DNA of 64,000 nucleotides, from contig CAWDOY010000042.1 of assembly GCA_963803975.1 (NCBI GenBank), positions 27,365-91,364 of the forward strand, in the 5' to 3' direction. This document shows, piece after piece, positions 40,789 through 54,772 of this stretch. The notes under the pieces are model-generated. The model worked only from the letters and a program-made list of their open reading frames with translations, was not told the origin of the DNA and searched no databases. Position numbers and translations under genes: made by a program. The stretch comes from an uncultured delta proteobacterium (GTDB taxonomy: Bacteria > Desulfobacterota > WTBG01 > CAIYCZ01). Every line of letters begins with the position of its first letter. Position 1 is the stretch's first letter.

Positions 40789-41988
40789 ATGTTCACGGAC
40801 AGGCAATTAGATAACTATGCAGAGGTGCTGCTGTGGGGCATAAAGACGGCTCGTGACGGGCAGTACAAAAAGAATGATATCATCCTGGTGCGCTACGATC
40901 TGGCGGCACTCAAGCTTGCCGAGATTCTGCAGAATAAAATTCTTGAGCAGGGAATGCATCCCCTGCTGCGTTTGAGCGCGACCTCAACCATGGAGCTTAC
41001 GTTTTATGCATTGGCAAACCCTGCCCAGCTGGTGTTTCAGGCACCGGGAGACCGGGAGCTCTGCGAGCATTTGAACGGCAGTATCTACCTGCATGCCCCC
41101 GAGTCCCTTACCCATCTGAGTGTCATTGACCCGCGTAAAATCGGGAAAGCAGCAGTTGCCCGCAAGCCGCTGCGGGATATCCTTACCCGGCGGGAGGAGA
41201 AGGGCCTGTTCGGCTGGACCCTCTGTTCTCTTCCCACCCCAGCGCAGGCGCAGCACGCCGGGCTCTCCCTCAAAGACTATACCAGCCAGATTACTAAAGC
41301 CTGCTACCTCCACACGGCACATCCGGTCCGGGAGTGGGAAACCATCCTGAAGAAGGCCGCAGCCATAAAGAAGTGGCTCAACAGCATGCAGGTCGCGGCC
41401 TATCATGTAGAATCGGACCGGATCGATCTCATGCTGACGCCGGGACAGCAGCGGCGCTGGGTCGGCGTCTCCGGCCACAATATCCCGAGCTTTGAGCTCT
41501 TCCTCTCCCCGGACTGGCGCGGCACGCAAGGGGTCTATTATGCAAACCAGCCGTCCTTTCATAACGGCAACTATGTGGAAGGCGTGCGGCTGGAGTTTAA
41601 AAAAGGCGCAGCCATTAAAATGCAGGCCAGGAAGGGTGCAAACTTCGTGAAGAAGCAGCTGTCCATGGACACGGGCGCCAACAAGGTGGGCGAGTTCTCG
41701 TTAACTGATACCCGCTTCTCAAAAATCGACCGGTTCATGGCTAATACCCTGTACGACGAAAACTACGGCGGCCGCTATGGCAACTGCCATCTGGCCGTAG
41801 GCTCGTCATACACTGATACCTATGCCGGCAATCCCGCACGCCTGACCAGGGAGATAAAAGCGCAGCTTGGTTTTAATGACTCGGCGCTGCACTGGGATCT
41901 CATCAATACCGAGCAGAAGACGGTAACCGCTCATCTGAAATCAGGCAAGAAGCTGGTTATCTATGAGAAAGGGAAGTTTACTTGTTAA
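40789..41988 (+). CDS. Aminopeptidase (M29, AmpS/AmpT-like)
   Basis: NIPSFELF, KVGEFSL, NTLYDEN, HLAVG.SY, NDSALHWD. Confidence 0.88.
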   Translation: MFTDRQLDNYAEVLLWGIKTARDGQYKKNDIILVRYDLAALKLAEILQNKILEQGMHPLLRLSATSTMELTFYALANPAQLVFQAPGDRELCEHLNGSIYLHAPESLTHLSVIDPRKIGKAAVARKPLRDILTRREEKGLFGWTLCSLPTPAQAQHAGLSLKDYTSQITKACYLHTAHPVREWETILKKAAAIKKWLNSMQVAAYHVESDRIDLMLTPGQQRRWVGVSGHNIPSFELFLSPDWRGTQGVYYANQPSFHNGNYVEGVRLEFKKGAAIKMQARKGANFVKKQLSMDTGANKVGEFSLTDTRFSKIDRFMANTLYDENYGGRYGNCHLAVGSSYTDTYAGNPARLTREIKAQLGFNDSALHWDLINTEQKTVTAHLKSGKKLVIYEKGKFTC

Positions 41989-42050
41989 GCTTTCAGCCAA
42001 CCAGCGGCTGCAGCTATCCTGAGCTAAGAGCTGGCAGCTATCCGCCTCCT

Positions 42051-42900
42051 ATGTATAATTCTGAACGCCGCTCCATTCTCTGCCCGCAATGCAGGAAACT
42101 TATCAGCCTTGATGAGCCGCAATGTCCCTACTGTGGTCTGTCCCATCCTGGGGCCTGGTGGAAAACCAGGCTCTTCAGCCTGGTTGCACTCGATGCCGGC
42201 AGCATCGTCAGGACGCTTGTTATTATAAATATAGTGCTGTTTGCAGTTTCGGTGCTGCTGAGCAGTGCCGGGTCTCAGCATGTCGGCAAATCCCCTGGGC
42301 TTTCTGTCCCCTTCAAACAACATCCTTTTGCTCCTGGGCGCTACCGGCACCATCCCCATCGAGCGGTTCAACCGCTGGTGGTCGCTTCTGGCTGCCGGGT
42401 ACCTGCATGGCGGCATCCTGCATATCTTTTTTAACATGACCGCGCTCTACCAGATAGGCCCGCTGGTGCTGCAGGAATACGGCCTTAACCGCATGATTAT
42501 CCTCTACACGCTGGGCAGCATCTGCGGCTTTCTGCTCTCATATCTTGCCGGGGTTCCCTTCACCATTGGCGCTTCGGCAAGCCTGTGTGCCCTCATCGGG
42601 GCGCTGCTGTACTACGGTAAAAGCCGCGGCGGCATCTACGGCCAGAATATATACCGGCAGGTTTTAGGGTGGGTTATCGGGCTCGGGCTGTTTGGCCTTA
42701 TAGTGCCCGGCATCAACAACTGGGGCCATGGAGGCGGGCTTGCCAGCGGCATTGCGTTCGGATTTTTACTGGGCTACAATGAAATAAAACAGGAGACAAG
42801 CCTGCATAGGTTGCTTGCCCTGGTCTGCATTGCTGCTACCGCAGCCATCCTTCTGTGGGCTCTCGGTTCAACATGCTATTATCTCTTTTTTGTGCACTAG
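42051..42900 (+). CDS. Rhomboid intramembrane serine protease with N-terminal Zn ribbon (frameshift near 42262)
   Basis: CPQC..CPYCG; YLHGGILHIFFNM, IGASAS, NWGHGGG. Confidence 0.85.
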
Positions 42901-43088
42901 CACCTGCGGCATGAAGAACGGCACCCAGGAGGGGCTGCGGGCTCAGGTTGCTGTAGACAGGAATATAAAAATGGGATAATAGTATTAAGACGCTGCGGAT
43001 ATACCGATCCGCCTGCGGCGGTGTCTAAAAATATTTTCCGTCACCTATCTTGAGGAATGCCTATCATTCCTCTCTTTTTATTTGCTGT

Positions 43089-44269
43089 ATGCAGAAAATC
43101 AAGGTCATCAACCCCATCACCAGACTCATTGTCGGCGGTGCACAGGAAACGGTCATAGAAACCTGTGCCTGCATAAACAAGGACCGGTTTGAGACGCAGA
43201 TCGTTGCCGGGCCGCAGACCGGTCCGGAGGGAGAGCTCATATCCGAGGTAAAAAAAAGGCAGATCCCTCTGACCGTAATCCCTGAGCTGGTGCGAGAGAT
43301 CAATCCGGTAAAAGATTTTATTGCTGCCTATAAGCTGGTCAAACTGTTTAAGCGGGAGCAGCCGCACATTGTGCACACCCACAGCTCCAAGACCGGCATC
43401 ATCGGCCGCTGGGCAGCGCGTCTTGCCAGGGTGCCGGTCATAGTGCACACGGTTCACGGCTGGGGACACCACCCCTATCAGCAGCCGCTCATACAGAAGA
43501 TATACATTTTTGCTGAACAGAAAACAGTTCCCTTTACTGACAAGCTCATCGCGGTATCAACGCTCAATGTTGATAAGGGGCTTAAAGACCATATTGGTAC
43601 CAGGGAGAAATATGCTGTTATCCACAGCTGCATAAACCTGGATGACTTCAGCCGGCCGAAGGCTAGATCCGTTAGTCACTGAGAAAGGCGCTGGGCATTG
43701 ACGCAGCCAGCCCGGTGGTGGGAACCGTGAGCCGCCTGTCACACCAGAAAAACCCGCTTGATTTTGTCAGGATGGCGGCACAGGTTAAAAAAGAGATCCC
43801 GACCGCACAGTTTTTGTTCGTGGGAGACGGACCGCTGCGCGCTGAGACCGAGGCGCTCATACGGGAGCTGCATCTGGAGCAGGATATTATTCTTGCCGGG
43901 CTGCGCATGGATGTGCCCGACCTGCTGCACGCCATGGATATTTTTACGCTGACTTCACTTTGGGAAGGCCTGCCGCGGGTCATCCCCCAGGCCATGATTG
44001 CAGGACTTCCGGTAGTGGCAAACAACGTGGATGGCAATGCTGAAATTATCCGGGACGGGGTAAACGGCTTTCTTACGCCCCCGGGAGATATTTCACTGAT
44101 GGCAGAGAGAATCGTCCGGCTCCTTAAAGACCAGCCTTTGAAGCAGGCAATTGTTGCGCAGGGGCGGGAGACGGCTGCACAAGAGTTTTCGCTCCATGAC
44201 ATGGTGAAAAAAATTGAAACCCTCTATGATGAACTGCTTACCCTGAAGGGGATAACAGCAAAGACGTGA
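43089..44269 (+). CDS. Glycosyltransferase family 4 (frameshift near 43665)
   Basis: GGAQE, IVHTHSSK.G, HTVHGW, VGDG.LR, SLWEGLPRV..QAM.AG.PVV. Confidence 0.88.
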
Positions 44270-44306
44270 GGAAAAGAGCGGAACTTTCAGCTGCGGGGGT
44301 TATCAC

Positions 44307-45458
44307 TTGTCAACTGCTGCCGAGAAAAAGAAGATAGTTCATATTGCCAAGGTTACCGGCATTCACGGGATGGAAAATCACCTCCTGACGCTGCTTCCCC
44401 GCCTTAACAGCCCCGCGTATGAAATAATATTTTTAATCCTGACAGATCCCCGGCACCCTGTTGATGACTATTGTGCGCTGCTTGCACAACGCGGGGTTAT
44501 AACTCATACTATTACCATCCGGCATGATATTGACCCGGCCTGTTTTGTGCGCCTGGTGCAGTACCTGCGGGACGTACGGCCGGCGCTCGTGCATACTCAT
44601 CTGATGCACGGAGATGTGTACGGGATACCAGCAGCAAAGCTTGCCGGAATACCCTGCATCATTTCTTCCAAGCACAATGATGATGCATTCCGGCAGCATG
44701 GTTTTCTGCGGCTGGTGAATTACGCGCTCAATAGAAATATCACCCGGGCTATAACCATATCAGAATGGATCCGCACCTTTACCCATACGGTTGAACGGGT
44801 ACCGCTGGACATGCTGCAGACCATTTACTACGGAATAGAGCCCCCGCAGCCGGCGACAGAGCGCGCTGTCGTGCGCACGAAGCTGGGTATAGGCCGCGAT
44901 GAAATCGTGCTTGGTATTATTGCCCGGCTCGTTGCGCAGAAAGGGCATCGCTATCTCATTGAGGCGTTTACAAAAGCTTTGCAGCAGAACCAAAACCTGC
45001 GGCTGCTGATTGTGGGGAGCGGCGAACTTGAAAATGATCTCAAGGCCCGGGTGCAGAAATCAGGTCTTGAGAAGGCGGTGCTGTTTACCGGCTACCGGTC
45101 AGATACCGCTGACCTGCTCAATGCTATCGATATATTTGTCCACCCCTCCCTGTGGGAGGGATTCGGCCTGTCAGTGCTTGAAGCCATGGCCATGGGAAAG
45201 CCGGTCATTGCAACCAGGGTGAGTGCGCTGCCGGAACTTATTGAAGACACGGTCTCAGGATTCCTGGTGGAGCCAAAAGACCCGGACGCGCTGGCAGCAA
45301 TGATTACCCTGCTGGCAGGCAGTCTGGTGCTGCAAAAACAGATCGGGGAGCAGGCCCGGCAGCGCTGCCGGAAGCAGTTTTCCGTGGAGCGCATGGTGGA
45401 GGCAACCAGGGAGCTCTACGGGGACGTGCTTGCTTCTCTATCAGGAAGGCCCTCATGA
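44307..45458 (+). CDS. Glycosyltransferase family 4
   Basis: ARL..QKGH, PSLWEGFGLSVLEAMAMGKPVIAT. Confidence 0.92.
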   Translation: MSTAAEKKKIVHIAKVTGIHGMENHLLTLLPRLNSPAYEIIFLILTDPRHPVDDYCALLAQRGVITHTITIRHDIDPACFVRLVQYLRDVRPALVHTHLMHGDVYGIPAAKLAGIPCIISSKHNDDAFRQHGFLRLVNYALNRNITRAITISEWIRTFTHTVERVPLDMLQTIYYGIEPPQPATERAVVRTKLGIGRDEIVLGIIARLVAQKGHRYLIEAFTKALQQNQNLRLLIVGSGELENDLKARVQKSGLEKAVLFTGYRSDTADLLNAIDIFVHPSLWEGFGLSVLEAMAMGKPVIATRVSALPELIEDTVSGFLVEPKDPDALAAMITLLAGSLVLQKQIGEQARQRCRKQFSVERMVEATRELYGDVLASLSGRPS

Positions 45459-48148
45459 CAAAAACAAAAAAGAAAAAACCAGCAGCTAAACCAGATGGCG
45501 GCAGCACCCAGGCTGTCAGGCCGGTCCCGGGCAGCTGGTTTGAAAAGATACCTATTGCAGAGGGCCTGCTGGTGTTTGGACCGCTCTTTCTGCTCGGGGT
45601 GTCACCGCTCATATTTTATGGACAGGCAGGAGAGTTTGAAAATGTTCCCAAAATGGCTATCCTGCAGTGGGGAATTATATTGCTTTCTCTGGTAAGAATC
45701 TGGCACTTTAAACCGGGTGCAGGGTTTACCTGGAAGATCTCCGCGCTTGATATTCCTATCCTGCTTTTTTATGCCTTGTGCTGGATATCTCTGATCAAGG
45801 CGCCAAACATCTCCCTGGCGTCACTGCCGCTGCTGCACTACGCTGCCTCGATCCTCTTCTATTTCTTTCTTCTTAATACGCTCCCTGACGGGGAAAGTAT
45901 TGACCGCTACTTTTTTACCGTCACGCTGAGCATCATGGCGGTTTCTGCCGTCGGCATATGCCAGTACCTGTTTAATTTTGCCGGGGTGCCCCAGATTGTT
46001 CCGCCTGCCAGCACCTTATCCAACAAAAACATGGCCACGCATATTATTTCCATGTCTTTGCCGCTGTGCGTGGGATGCCTGGTACTGGCCGGCAGATTAT
46101 GGAAGTCGATCATCAGCGGGGCCAGCATCTTTCTCACGCTGCTCTATTTATTATATACCAAGACCCGCGCCGGCTGGCTGGCAGCGCTGGTTGTTTTTAC
46201 CCTCATGGGGATTGCCTGTTTACCCCGGCTGAAGGCACTGGTACAGAAGCAGTCCAGGCAGAAGCTCCTTATTGCTTCGGCAGTTGCCGGCATTTTTCTG
46301 GTCCTCCTGGTCGTTTGCTCCCAGATGCCATCCGCTGACATTCCCGTTCCCATGAATAAGGAGTCTATTCAGGAGCGCTTTTTTTCCATGACCGACACCA
46401 CCGGCGGGGACTCGGCACAGCTCAGGATCATCTGGTGGAAGAATACCCTGTACATGGTGAAGGATTACCTCTGGTGGGGTACCGGGCTGCAGAATTTCAA
46501 GATCTTCTACCCCCTCTACCACCGCGCTGCTGATTTGGACTGGTCGTTTACCGATGAACACCAGCTCACCCGCGTGCACAACGATCACCTGCAGATGCTC
46601 GTCGAGCTGGGCATCTTCGGGTTTGCCGCCTATGCCGCGATGTTCGGGATATTTTTCTGGATGTTCGGGCGCATCTTTTTTCGCAGCCGCGATGACCGCA
46701 TCAAATTGCGGGCGCTGTTTATCTGCCTGGGCGTGGTCGGCTTTATCATTAATGCCGCGTTTTGCTTTCCCATGGAGCGGGCACTTCCTCCCGTGTATCT
46801 GTTCAGCTTCTTTGCCCTTATGGGAGTGCTCTACCGCGAGAGCTTTCCGGCACCGCTGGCCACGGTTGCCGTGCGCCGCCATATCCTGCTGCGCAGCGCT
46901 TTTTCCCTTGTGCTGCTGGTGTTCCTCCTGGTTTCGGTCTACGTTATCCGCCGGGTGATGCTGTCAGATAAATATTTTGTCGAGGCAATAATAGATGATC
47001 AGAAGGGCAGCATCGAGAAATCAAGCGAAGCCCTGAAAAAGGCCAAAATCTTCTCCCTCTACAATTCCAATATCTCAGCGCTGCTGGCCCGCAACTACGC
47101 GCTGCAGGGTAACTTTCAGCAGGCCATTGAAGAATATAAAGAGACGTTTCGCGCGCACCCCAATAACACCAGCGCCATCCTCAATACCGGGTACTGCTAC
47201 CTGCAGCTGCGGAAGTTTGACGAAGCGGAAAAATATTTCAAATGGGCCATAAACCTCATGCCCAACTTTGAGCAGGCCTATAATGATCTGGGGATTGTCT
47301 ATTACTCGCAGCAGAAATTCGATCAGGCAATCGCACAGTATCAAAAAGCCATTGAGATAAACAAAGACTATCCCGAGCCGCACATCAACCTCGGTAATTT
47401 ATACCGCTCGCTGAAACGGACGGAACAGGCGATTCAGGAATACGAAAACGCGCTCAGGATCAAGCCCAATCAGCCGGAAACCCGGCAGTGGCTGTGCGGA
47501 CTGTATATGGAGCGGGGCCAGTATGAAAAGGCGCAGGAAGTGCTGAAGCCCCTGCTGCAGAACACGGCAGCGCCGGCAGCAGAAAATTATGTCATGCAGG
47601 GCAATATCTATCAGCGCCAGGGGCAGCACGCGCAGGCGCTTGCTGAATATGAAAAGGCGTTTCGTTTAAAGCCGCAAAACCCGCTCATTTGTTACAACAT
47701 AGGGCTCTCCCACTATTACCTGCAAAACTATGCAGCGGCTGCAGACTATTTCAGAAAAACACTTGCCATCAACCCCAACATTGCTGAGGCGTACAACATG
47801 CTGGGACAGCTTATGGTATTAAAAAAGGATGATACGGCAGCGCTCGAACTATTCCAAAAAGCAGTCGCCATTAACCCGAAGCTCAAAGATGCACAGTTTA
47901 ATCTTGGAACCCTCTATCTGCGTCTGGGTGATCTTGATAGCGCGGCAAAAGCATATCAGGACACCCTGGCGGCTGATCCAAACCATACCCTCGCCCATTA
48001 CAACCTGGGCGCTATCTATATGGAGAAGGGTAACAATGAAAAAGCCCTCTTTCATTTTCAGCAGGCGCTTAAAAACCCCTCGTCCCTCATCGATGTGAAG
48101 GCAGCAGAAAAATTTATTATTGACCTCAAAACTAAAACACCCGGATAA
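45455..48148 (+). CDS. O-antigen ligase/O-oligosaccharyltransferase-like membrane domain fused to TPR repeats
   Basis: Multiple TMs, TKTRAGWL, R.IWW, WG.G..NF, HNDHLQML.ELG..G, then many TPR units. Confidence 0.85.
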   Translation: MTKTKKKKPAAKPDGGSTQAVRPVPGSWFEKIPIAEGLLVFGPLFLLGVSPLIFYGQAGEFENVPKMAILQWGIILLSLVRIWHFKPGAGFTWKISALDIPILLFYALCWISLIKAPNISLASLPLLHYAASILFYFFLLNTLPDGESIDRYFFTVTLSIMAVSAVGICQYLFNFAGVPQIVPPASTLSNKNMATHIISMSLPLCVGCLVLAGRLWKSIISGASIFLTLLYLLYTKTRAGWLAALVVFTLMGIACLPRLKALVQKQSRQKLLIASAVAGIFLVLLVVCSQMPSADIPVPMNKESIQERFFSMTDTTGGDSAQLRIIWWKNTLYMVKDYLWWGTGLQNFKIFYPLYHRAADLDWSFTDEHQLTRVHNDHLQMLVELGIFGFAAYAAMFGIFFWMFGRIFFRSRDDRIKLRALFICLGVVGFIINAAFCFPMERALPPVYLFSFFALMGVLYRESFPAPLATVAVRRHILLRSAFSLVLLVFLLVSVYVIRRVMLSDKYFVEAIIDDQKGSIEKSSEALKKAKIFSLYNSNISALLARNYALQGNFQQAIEEYKETFRAHPNNTSAILNTGYCYLQLRKFDEAEKYFKWAINLMPNFEQAYNDLGIVYYSQQKFDQAIAQYQKAIEINKDYPEPHINLGNLYRSLKRTEQAIQEYENALRIKPNQPETRQWLCGLYMERGQYEKAQEVLKPLLQNTAAPAAENYVMQGNIYQRQGQHAQALAEYEKAFRLKPQNPLICYNIGLSHYYLQNYAAAADYFRKTLAINPNIAEAYNMLGQLMVLKKDDTAALELFQKAVAINPKLKDAQFNLGTLYLRLGDLDSAAKAYQDTLAADPNHTLAHYNLGAIYMEKGNNEKALFHFQQALKNPSSLIDVKAAEKFIIDLKTKTPG

Positions 48149-48167
48149 TGCCCAGCAGGGGTTCCAG

Positions 48168-49097
48168 ATGAGAACAGTGCGCATCGGCTATCTCTCCACC
48201 ATCTATCATACCTCCCATATCATACAGCGCCGCCCGTGGCTTGACGGGCTTAACGTCAATGCTTCGTGGCGCCTGTTCGGGACCGGTCCGGCCATGGTCG
48301 AGGCTTTTGCTGCAGGTGACATTGACCTGGGCTATATCGGCCTTCCGCCGGCGATGATCGGCATTGACCGGGGGGTGCCCCTGCGCTGCATCGCAGGCGG
48401 GCACGTGGAGGGAACGGTCATGATTGCCGGCAGCAGCTATGCCCCTCTGCACCGTCTTGACAGCTTGCAGGCAGTGCTCAGCCAGTTTGCGGGCAAGAAG
48501 ATCGGGTCTCCGGCGCGGGGCTCTATTCATGATGTGATTATCCGTTTTTTGCTGCGAAAGTTTCAGATTGAGGGCGTTGAGGTAATAAATTTCCCCTGGG
48601 CAGATCTCATCCCTGCGGCAATCGATGAGGCAGAGATTGACGGGGCAATGGGTACGCCGCAGCTTGCCGTGGTAGCGCGGCAGTTTTATGGACAGGAAAT
48701 TGTTTTACCGCCGGACAGTTTGTGGCGTTTCAGCCCGAGCTACGGCATCGTGGTGCGGGAGGAGCTTCTTAAAGAGGCAGAGCTGCTGCAGGGATTTTTG
48801 CAGCTCCATGAGAAGGCCTGTAATTTTATGAGGCTGCAGCCGGAAAATGCCGCGGCACTGCTTGCCGGAGAGAACCGGGCCATGAGCCCTGACTTTATTT
48901 TAAAGACCTGCGCAATTTCTCCCAAGTACTGTGCGTCGCTTCCTGATGAATATATTCAGTCAACGCTTGAGTTTGTCCCGGTGCTTACGAATATGGGTTA
49001 TCTGAAGCGCTCCCTCACCAGGGATGATATCTTTGATTGTTCCTTCATCCAGGCGGCCCATCCTGAGCCGCATCATTATAATAAGTTTAAAGTTTAA
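48168..49097 (+). CDS. ABC-type substrate-binding protein (SsuA/NrtA-like), no signal peptide seen
   Basis: FGTGP.MVEA..AG.ID.GYIG.PP, KIG.P..GSI.D. Confidence 0.75.
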   Translation: MRTVRIGYLSTIYHTSHIIQRRPWLDGLNVNASWRLFGTGPAMVEAFAAGDIDLGYIGLPPAMIGIDRGVPLRCIAGGHVEGTVMIAGSSYAPLHRLDSLQAVLSQFAGKKIGSPARGSIHDVIIRFLLRKFQIEGVEVINFPWADLIPAAIDEAEIDGAMGTPQLAVVARQFYGQEIVLPPDSLWRFSPSYGIVVREELLKEAELLQGFLQLHEKACNFMRLQPENAAALLAGENRAMSPDFILKTCAISPKYCASLPDEYIQSTLEFVPVLTNMGYLKRSLTRDDIFDCSFIQAAHPEPHHYNKFKV

Positions 49098-49150
49098 GGT
49101 TTAAAGTCTGAGGTTTAAGATTGAACCTTAAACTTGAAACATTAAACCTT
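49082..49150. repeat. Inverted array of heptamer repeats between convergent genes
   Basis: (AAGTTTA/AGGTTTA)n followed by (TAAACTT/TGAACCT)n. Confidence 0.6.
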
Positions 49151-49161
49151 CCCTTCTGCGC

Positions 49162-50247
49162 CTAATCCCGAGTCACGAATCCCGAATCCCTTTCATACTT
49201 TTCCAGCACCCGCTCATAATCTTCCGGGGTGTTTATGCTCTGAAACGCATCATTCTGCTCCGTGCGGATAACGTTGACGTTGAGCGTGGGAAACAGGTCA
49301 ATGATCCGGTATTCTCGGTGGTCCATGAGCTCTTCAAGTGCCGGCAGGCAGGTGCGGCGGTACACCGCACAGAGGGGTTCAAACAGTTCATGTTTGTAGA
49401 GGGTGATGTCGTATCCCGGGTACCCGGCGAGCAGCGTGCGCAAAATATGCAGCGTGAGCAGCGGAAGATCACAGGAGACGACCAGCACATATTCCGTGGG
49501 GCTCAGGCTCAGGGCAGCATGGATTCCCGAGAGCGGGCCGCACCCGGGGCGGATATCCGGAGCAGCGGCAATAGTTAGATACTGGAATTCAGCAGGGCTG
49601 TTGGTAATAATCGTTACCGGCGAGACCAGCGCTGACACTTTTTCCAACAGCAGCTCTATGCCCGGCCGGCCATGGAACTTTAAGAATGCCTTGTTAACTC
49701 CCAGGCGGCTTGACCTGCCGCCGGCCATCACCGCCCCGGAAATGGCAGTTTTGATATAGCGCTCCTCTATGAACGAAGAGAGCCCGTCCACGTCCTCCGG
49801 GTCAAACGAGGGGAGGCCGGGGACAGCATAGTGAGCACTCACCAGTGCGCGCAAGCTGACATCACCGCCGCAGAGCGGGCTTTCACCGGGCGGTATAATT
49901 TCAATTTTTTCTTTTCCCTCTTTCACTCCCCCTTCAACCAGAATGAGATGACAGTGATTAAAGGAATGCCTGATGGGCAAAAACTTGTCATCCCAGCTCA
50001 TGGCCGGACAAAACAGATTGGTCTCATGAGCGGTAATGAGCGCTGCACCGATGGCGCCGGCCTTTTTGTAGGCATCGGTATCAGATCCTTCTGCATCAAG
50101 GCAGTGCGTATGGGGCGAATGGCGCACGCCGGCAATGCGGTAGCCTTTTGCCGCAAGGCTGCGAATCAGTTTTATAATGAGGCCGGTTTTCCCTGAGCGT
50201 TTCCTCCCGACAATGTGGAGAACCGGCGGCGTTCCGGGAGAAAGCAT
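49162..50247 (-). CDS. mobA: MobB-MobA fusion (molybdopterin-guanine dinucleotide synthesis)
   Basis: N-terminal GRKRSGKT P-loop and ILVEG (MobB); C-terminal MAGGRSSRLG.NKA, GPLSGI, SCDLP, EPLCAVY, INTPEDY (MobA). Confidence 0.88.
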   Translation of the reverse strand: MLSPGTPPVLHIVGRKRSGKTGLIIKLIRSLAAKGYRIAGVRHSPHTHCLDAEGSDTDAYKKAGAIGAALITAHETNLFCPAMSWDDKFLPIRHSFNHCHLILVEGGVKEGKEKIEIIPPGESPLCGGDVSLRALVSAHYAVPGLPSFDPEDVDGLSSFIEERYIKTAISGAVMAGGRSSRLGVNKAFLKFHGRPGIELLLEKVSALVSPVTIITNSPAEFQYLTIAAAPDIRPGCGPLSGIHAALSLSPTEYVLVVSCDLPLLTLHILRTLLAGYPGYDITLYKHELFEPLCAVYRRTCLPALEELMDHREYRIIDLFPTLNVNVIRTEQNDAFQSINTPEDYERVLEKYERDSGFVTRD

Positions 50248-50386
50248 AAATACCCTTATCTTGAAAAATCAACAGCAGAGAAAATTATTAAAAGCTGTCA
50301 GCGTTCGGCCCAGAGCTCACGGTCGAGGGGCTGACAGCTTTCAGCTCTTAGCTTTCTTTATACAACAACTTTTTAATATCATCTCT

Positions 50387-50995
50387 TTAGCGGGCAGTTG
50401 CCAGCCGCACTCCAGCGGCAAATGCGGTGTTTAGATCAGCCGGCTTTTCCTGAACCTGGGCCCGTTTCAAATTAAAGGTGCTGAAGACTTCGCCGACCTT
50501 GCGCAGATGAAAATCACGCAGGTTGGCGTCAAGTATCATCAGCACCAGCGCTGATGATGAAGCTACATTATCTCCCTGGCTGACCACGATGACCGCTTTT
50601 TTCCCCCTGATGAGCGGCCGGGATTCAGCATGCACGATGTTTCCGGCATCATCCCGTTCAACGTGCATCTTGAGGAGCGGCATCATCCGCGAGAAGAAGT
50701 TGGTGAGCCCCGCCGAGATGGTGCGGCCATGATTCGGTGAGCCGAAGATAAAGCCGTCAGCTTCCTGCATGCGCTGGAGAATACCTGCCATGTCATCCTT
50801 CAGCGGGCAGTCTTTACTTCCCTGCAGGATCGAATGCGCCCCGCACCCGGTGCAGTATTTTATATCCGCATCATAGATATAAACTTTTTCCACTTCAACT
50901 GCTGCCGCGCTTTTTGCTCCCTCAATAACCTGGTCAATGAGCAGGTCGGTATTTGAGCCTTTCCGCGGACTTCCCGCAAACGCCATTATCTTCAT
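50387..50995 (-). CDS. Flavodoxin family / iron-sulfur flavoprotein-like protein
   Basis: MKIMAFAGSPRKGSNT, C.GC..H..C..KDDM, FGSP; RBS AGGAGG. Confidence 0.85.
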   Translation of the reverse strand: MKIMAFAGSPRKGSNTDLLIDQVIEGAKSAAAVEVEKVYIYDADIKYCTGCGAHSILQGSKDCPLKDDMAGILQRMQEADGFIFGSPNHGRTISAGLTNFFSRMMPLLKMHVERDDAGNIVHAESRPLIRGKKAVIVVSQGDNVASSSALVLMILDANLRDFHLRKVGEVFSTFNLKRAQVQEKPADLNTAFAAGVRLATAR

Positions 50996-51187
50996 GGTCT
51001 GCCTCCTGTAATAGGTGTTGCTGTGTGCTGTTGCCTGCAGGTAATTATCATATACTACCACAATCAGATGCAAATAATTGAGAATTATTATATATCATCT
51101 CTGATACTTTTTATTTTACTCTCGTATCATTACTTGATATATTTTGCCTGCATTTAGCAATAAATTTATTTCGAGGAGATTCGAGGT

Positions 51188-53743
<2,556 letters not shown>

Positions 53744-53797
53744 CAACAGGCTGATAGCTATCAGCTGACAGCTCAGCTTTTTACGAAAGGAAAAGCT

Positions 53798-54727
53798 ATG
53801 CCTTTAGTTACCACAAAAGAAATGTTTAAAAAAGCCTACGCCGGCGGGTATGCGGTGGGGGCGTTCAATGTAAATAATATGGAGATTTTGCAGGGGATCG
53901 TGGATGCAGCCGCAGAGCAGAAGGCCCCGCTCATCCTGCAGGTTTCAGCAGGCGCGCGCAAATACGCCCGGCACGAATACCTGATGAAGCTTGCTGAGGC
54001 AGCGGTGGAGACGTCCACCATCCCTATCGCGCTGCACCTTGACCATGGAGAGGATTTTGCCATCTGCAAGTCCTGCATTGACGGCGGCTTTAAATCCGTG
54101 ATGATTGACGGCTCACGGTTTCCCTTTGCCGAGAATGTGCGGGTCACAAAAGAAGTGGTTGAGTATGCCCATGCGCGGGGAGTGTCGGTTGAGGCGGAGA
54201 TCGGAAAGCTTGCCGGCATTGAAGATGATGTAAAGGTCGCCGCGCATGACGCGCTCTTCACTGACCCCGCGGAGGCGGTCGAGTTTGTGCAGCAGACCGG
54301 CTGCGATTCTCTTGCCATTGCCATTGGCACCAGTCACGGCGCGTATAAATTCAAGGGTGAGCCAAAGCTTGACTTTGAGCGCCTGGAGATAATCAGTAAA
54401 AAGCTGCCCGGCTTTCCCATCGTGCTGCACGGCGCGTCATCTGTGCCCCAGGATCTTGTGGCACTCTGCAATAAATACGGAGGGAACATTCCGGGCGCCA
54501 GGGGGGTGCCGGAAGAGATGCTGCGCAAGGCCGCGGGCATGGCAGTGTGCAAGATAAATATCGACACTGACCTGCGCCTGGCCCTGACCGCGACCATCAG
54601 GCAGCAGTTCTCCGAGCACCCGGAAGAATTCGACCCGCGCAAATACCTGGGTCCGGCCCGCGATGCGATAAAAAAAGTGGTTACCTACAAGCTGGTCAAT
54701 GTGCTGGGATGCGCGGGGAAGGCGTGA
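53798..54727 (+). CDS. fba: Class II fructose-1,6-bisphosphate aldolase
   Basis: AVGAFNVNN, ALHLDHG, SVMIDGS, AIGTSHG, VLHGAS, KINIDTD. Confidence 0.95.
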   Translation: MPLVTTKEMFKKAYAGGYAVGAFNVNNMEILQGIVDAAAEQKAPLILQVSAGARKYARHEYLMKLAEAAVETSTIPIALHLDHGEDFAICKSCIDGGFKSVMIDGSRFPFAENVRVTKEVVEYAHARGVSVEAEIGKLAGIEDDVKVAAHDALFTDPAEAVEFVQQTGCDSLAIAIGTSHGAYKFKGEPKLDFERLEIISKKLPGFPIVLHGASSVPQDLVALCNKYGGNIPGARGVPEEMLRKAAGMAVCKINIDTDLRLALTATIRQQFSEHPEEFDPRKYLGPARDAIKKVVTYKLVNVLGCAGKA

Positions 54728-54772
54728 GAGAGGGGTTCTGCGCAAGGTGAGATTACCAGCGGATTTAAACTG

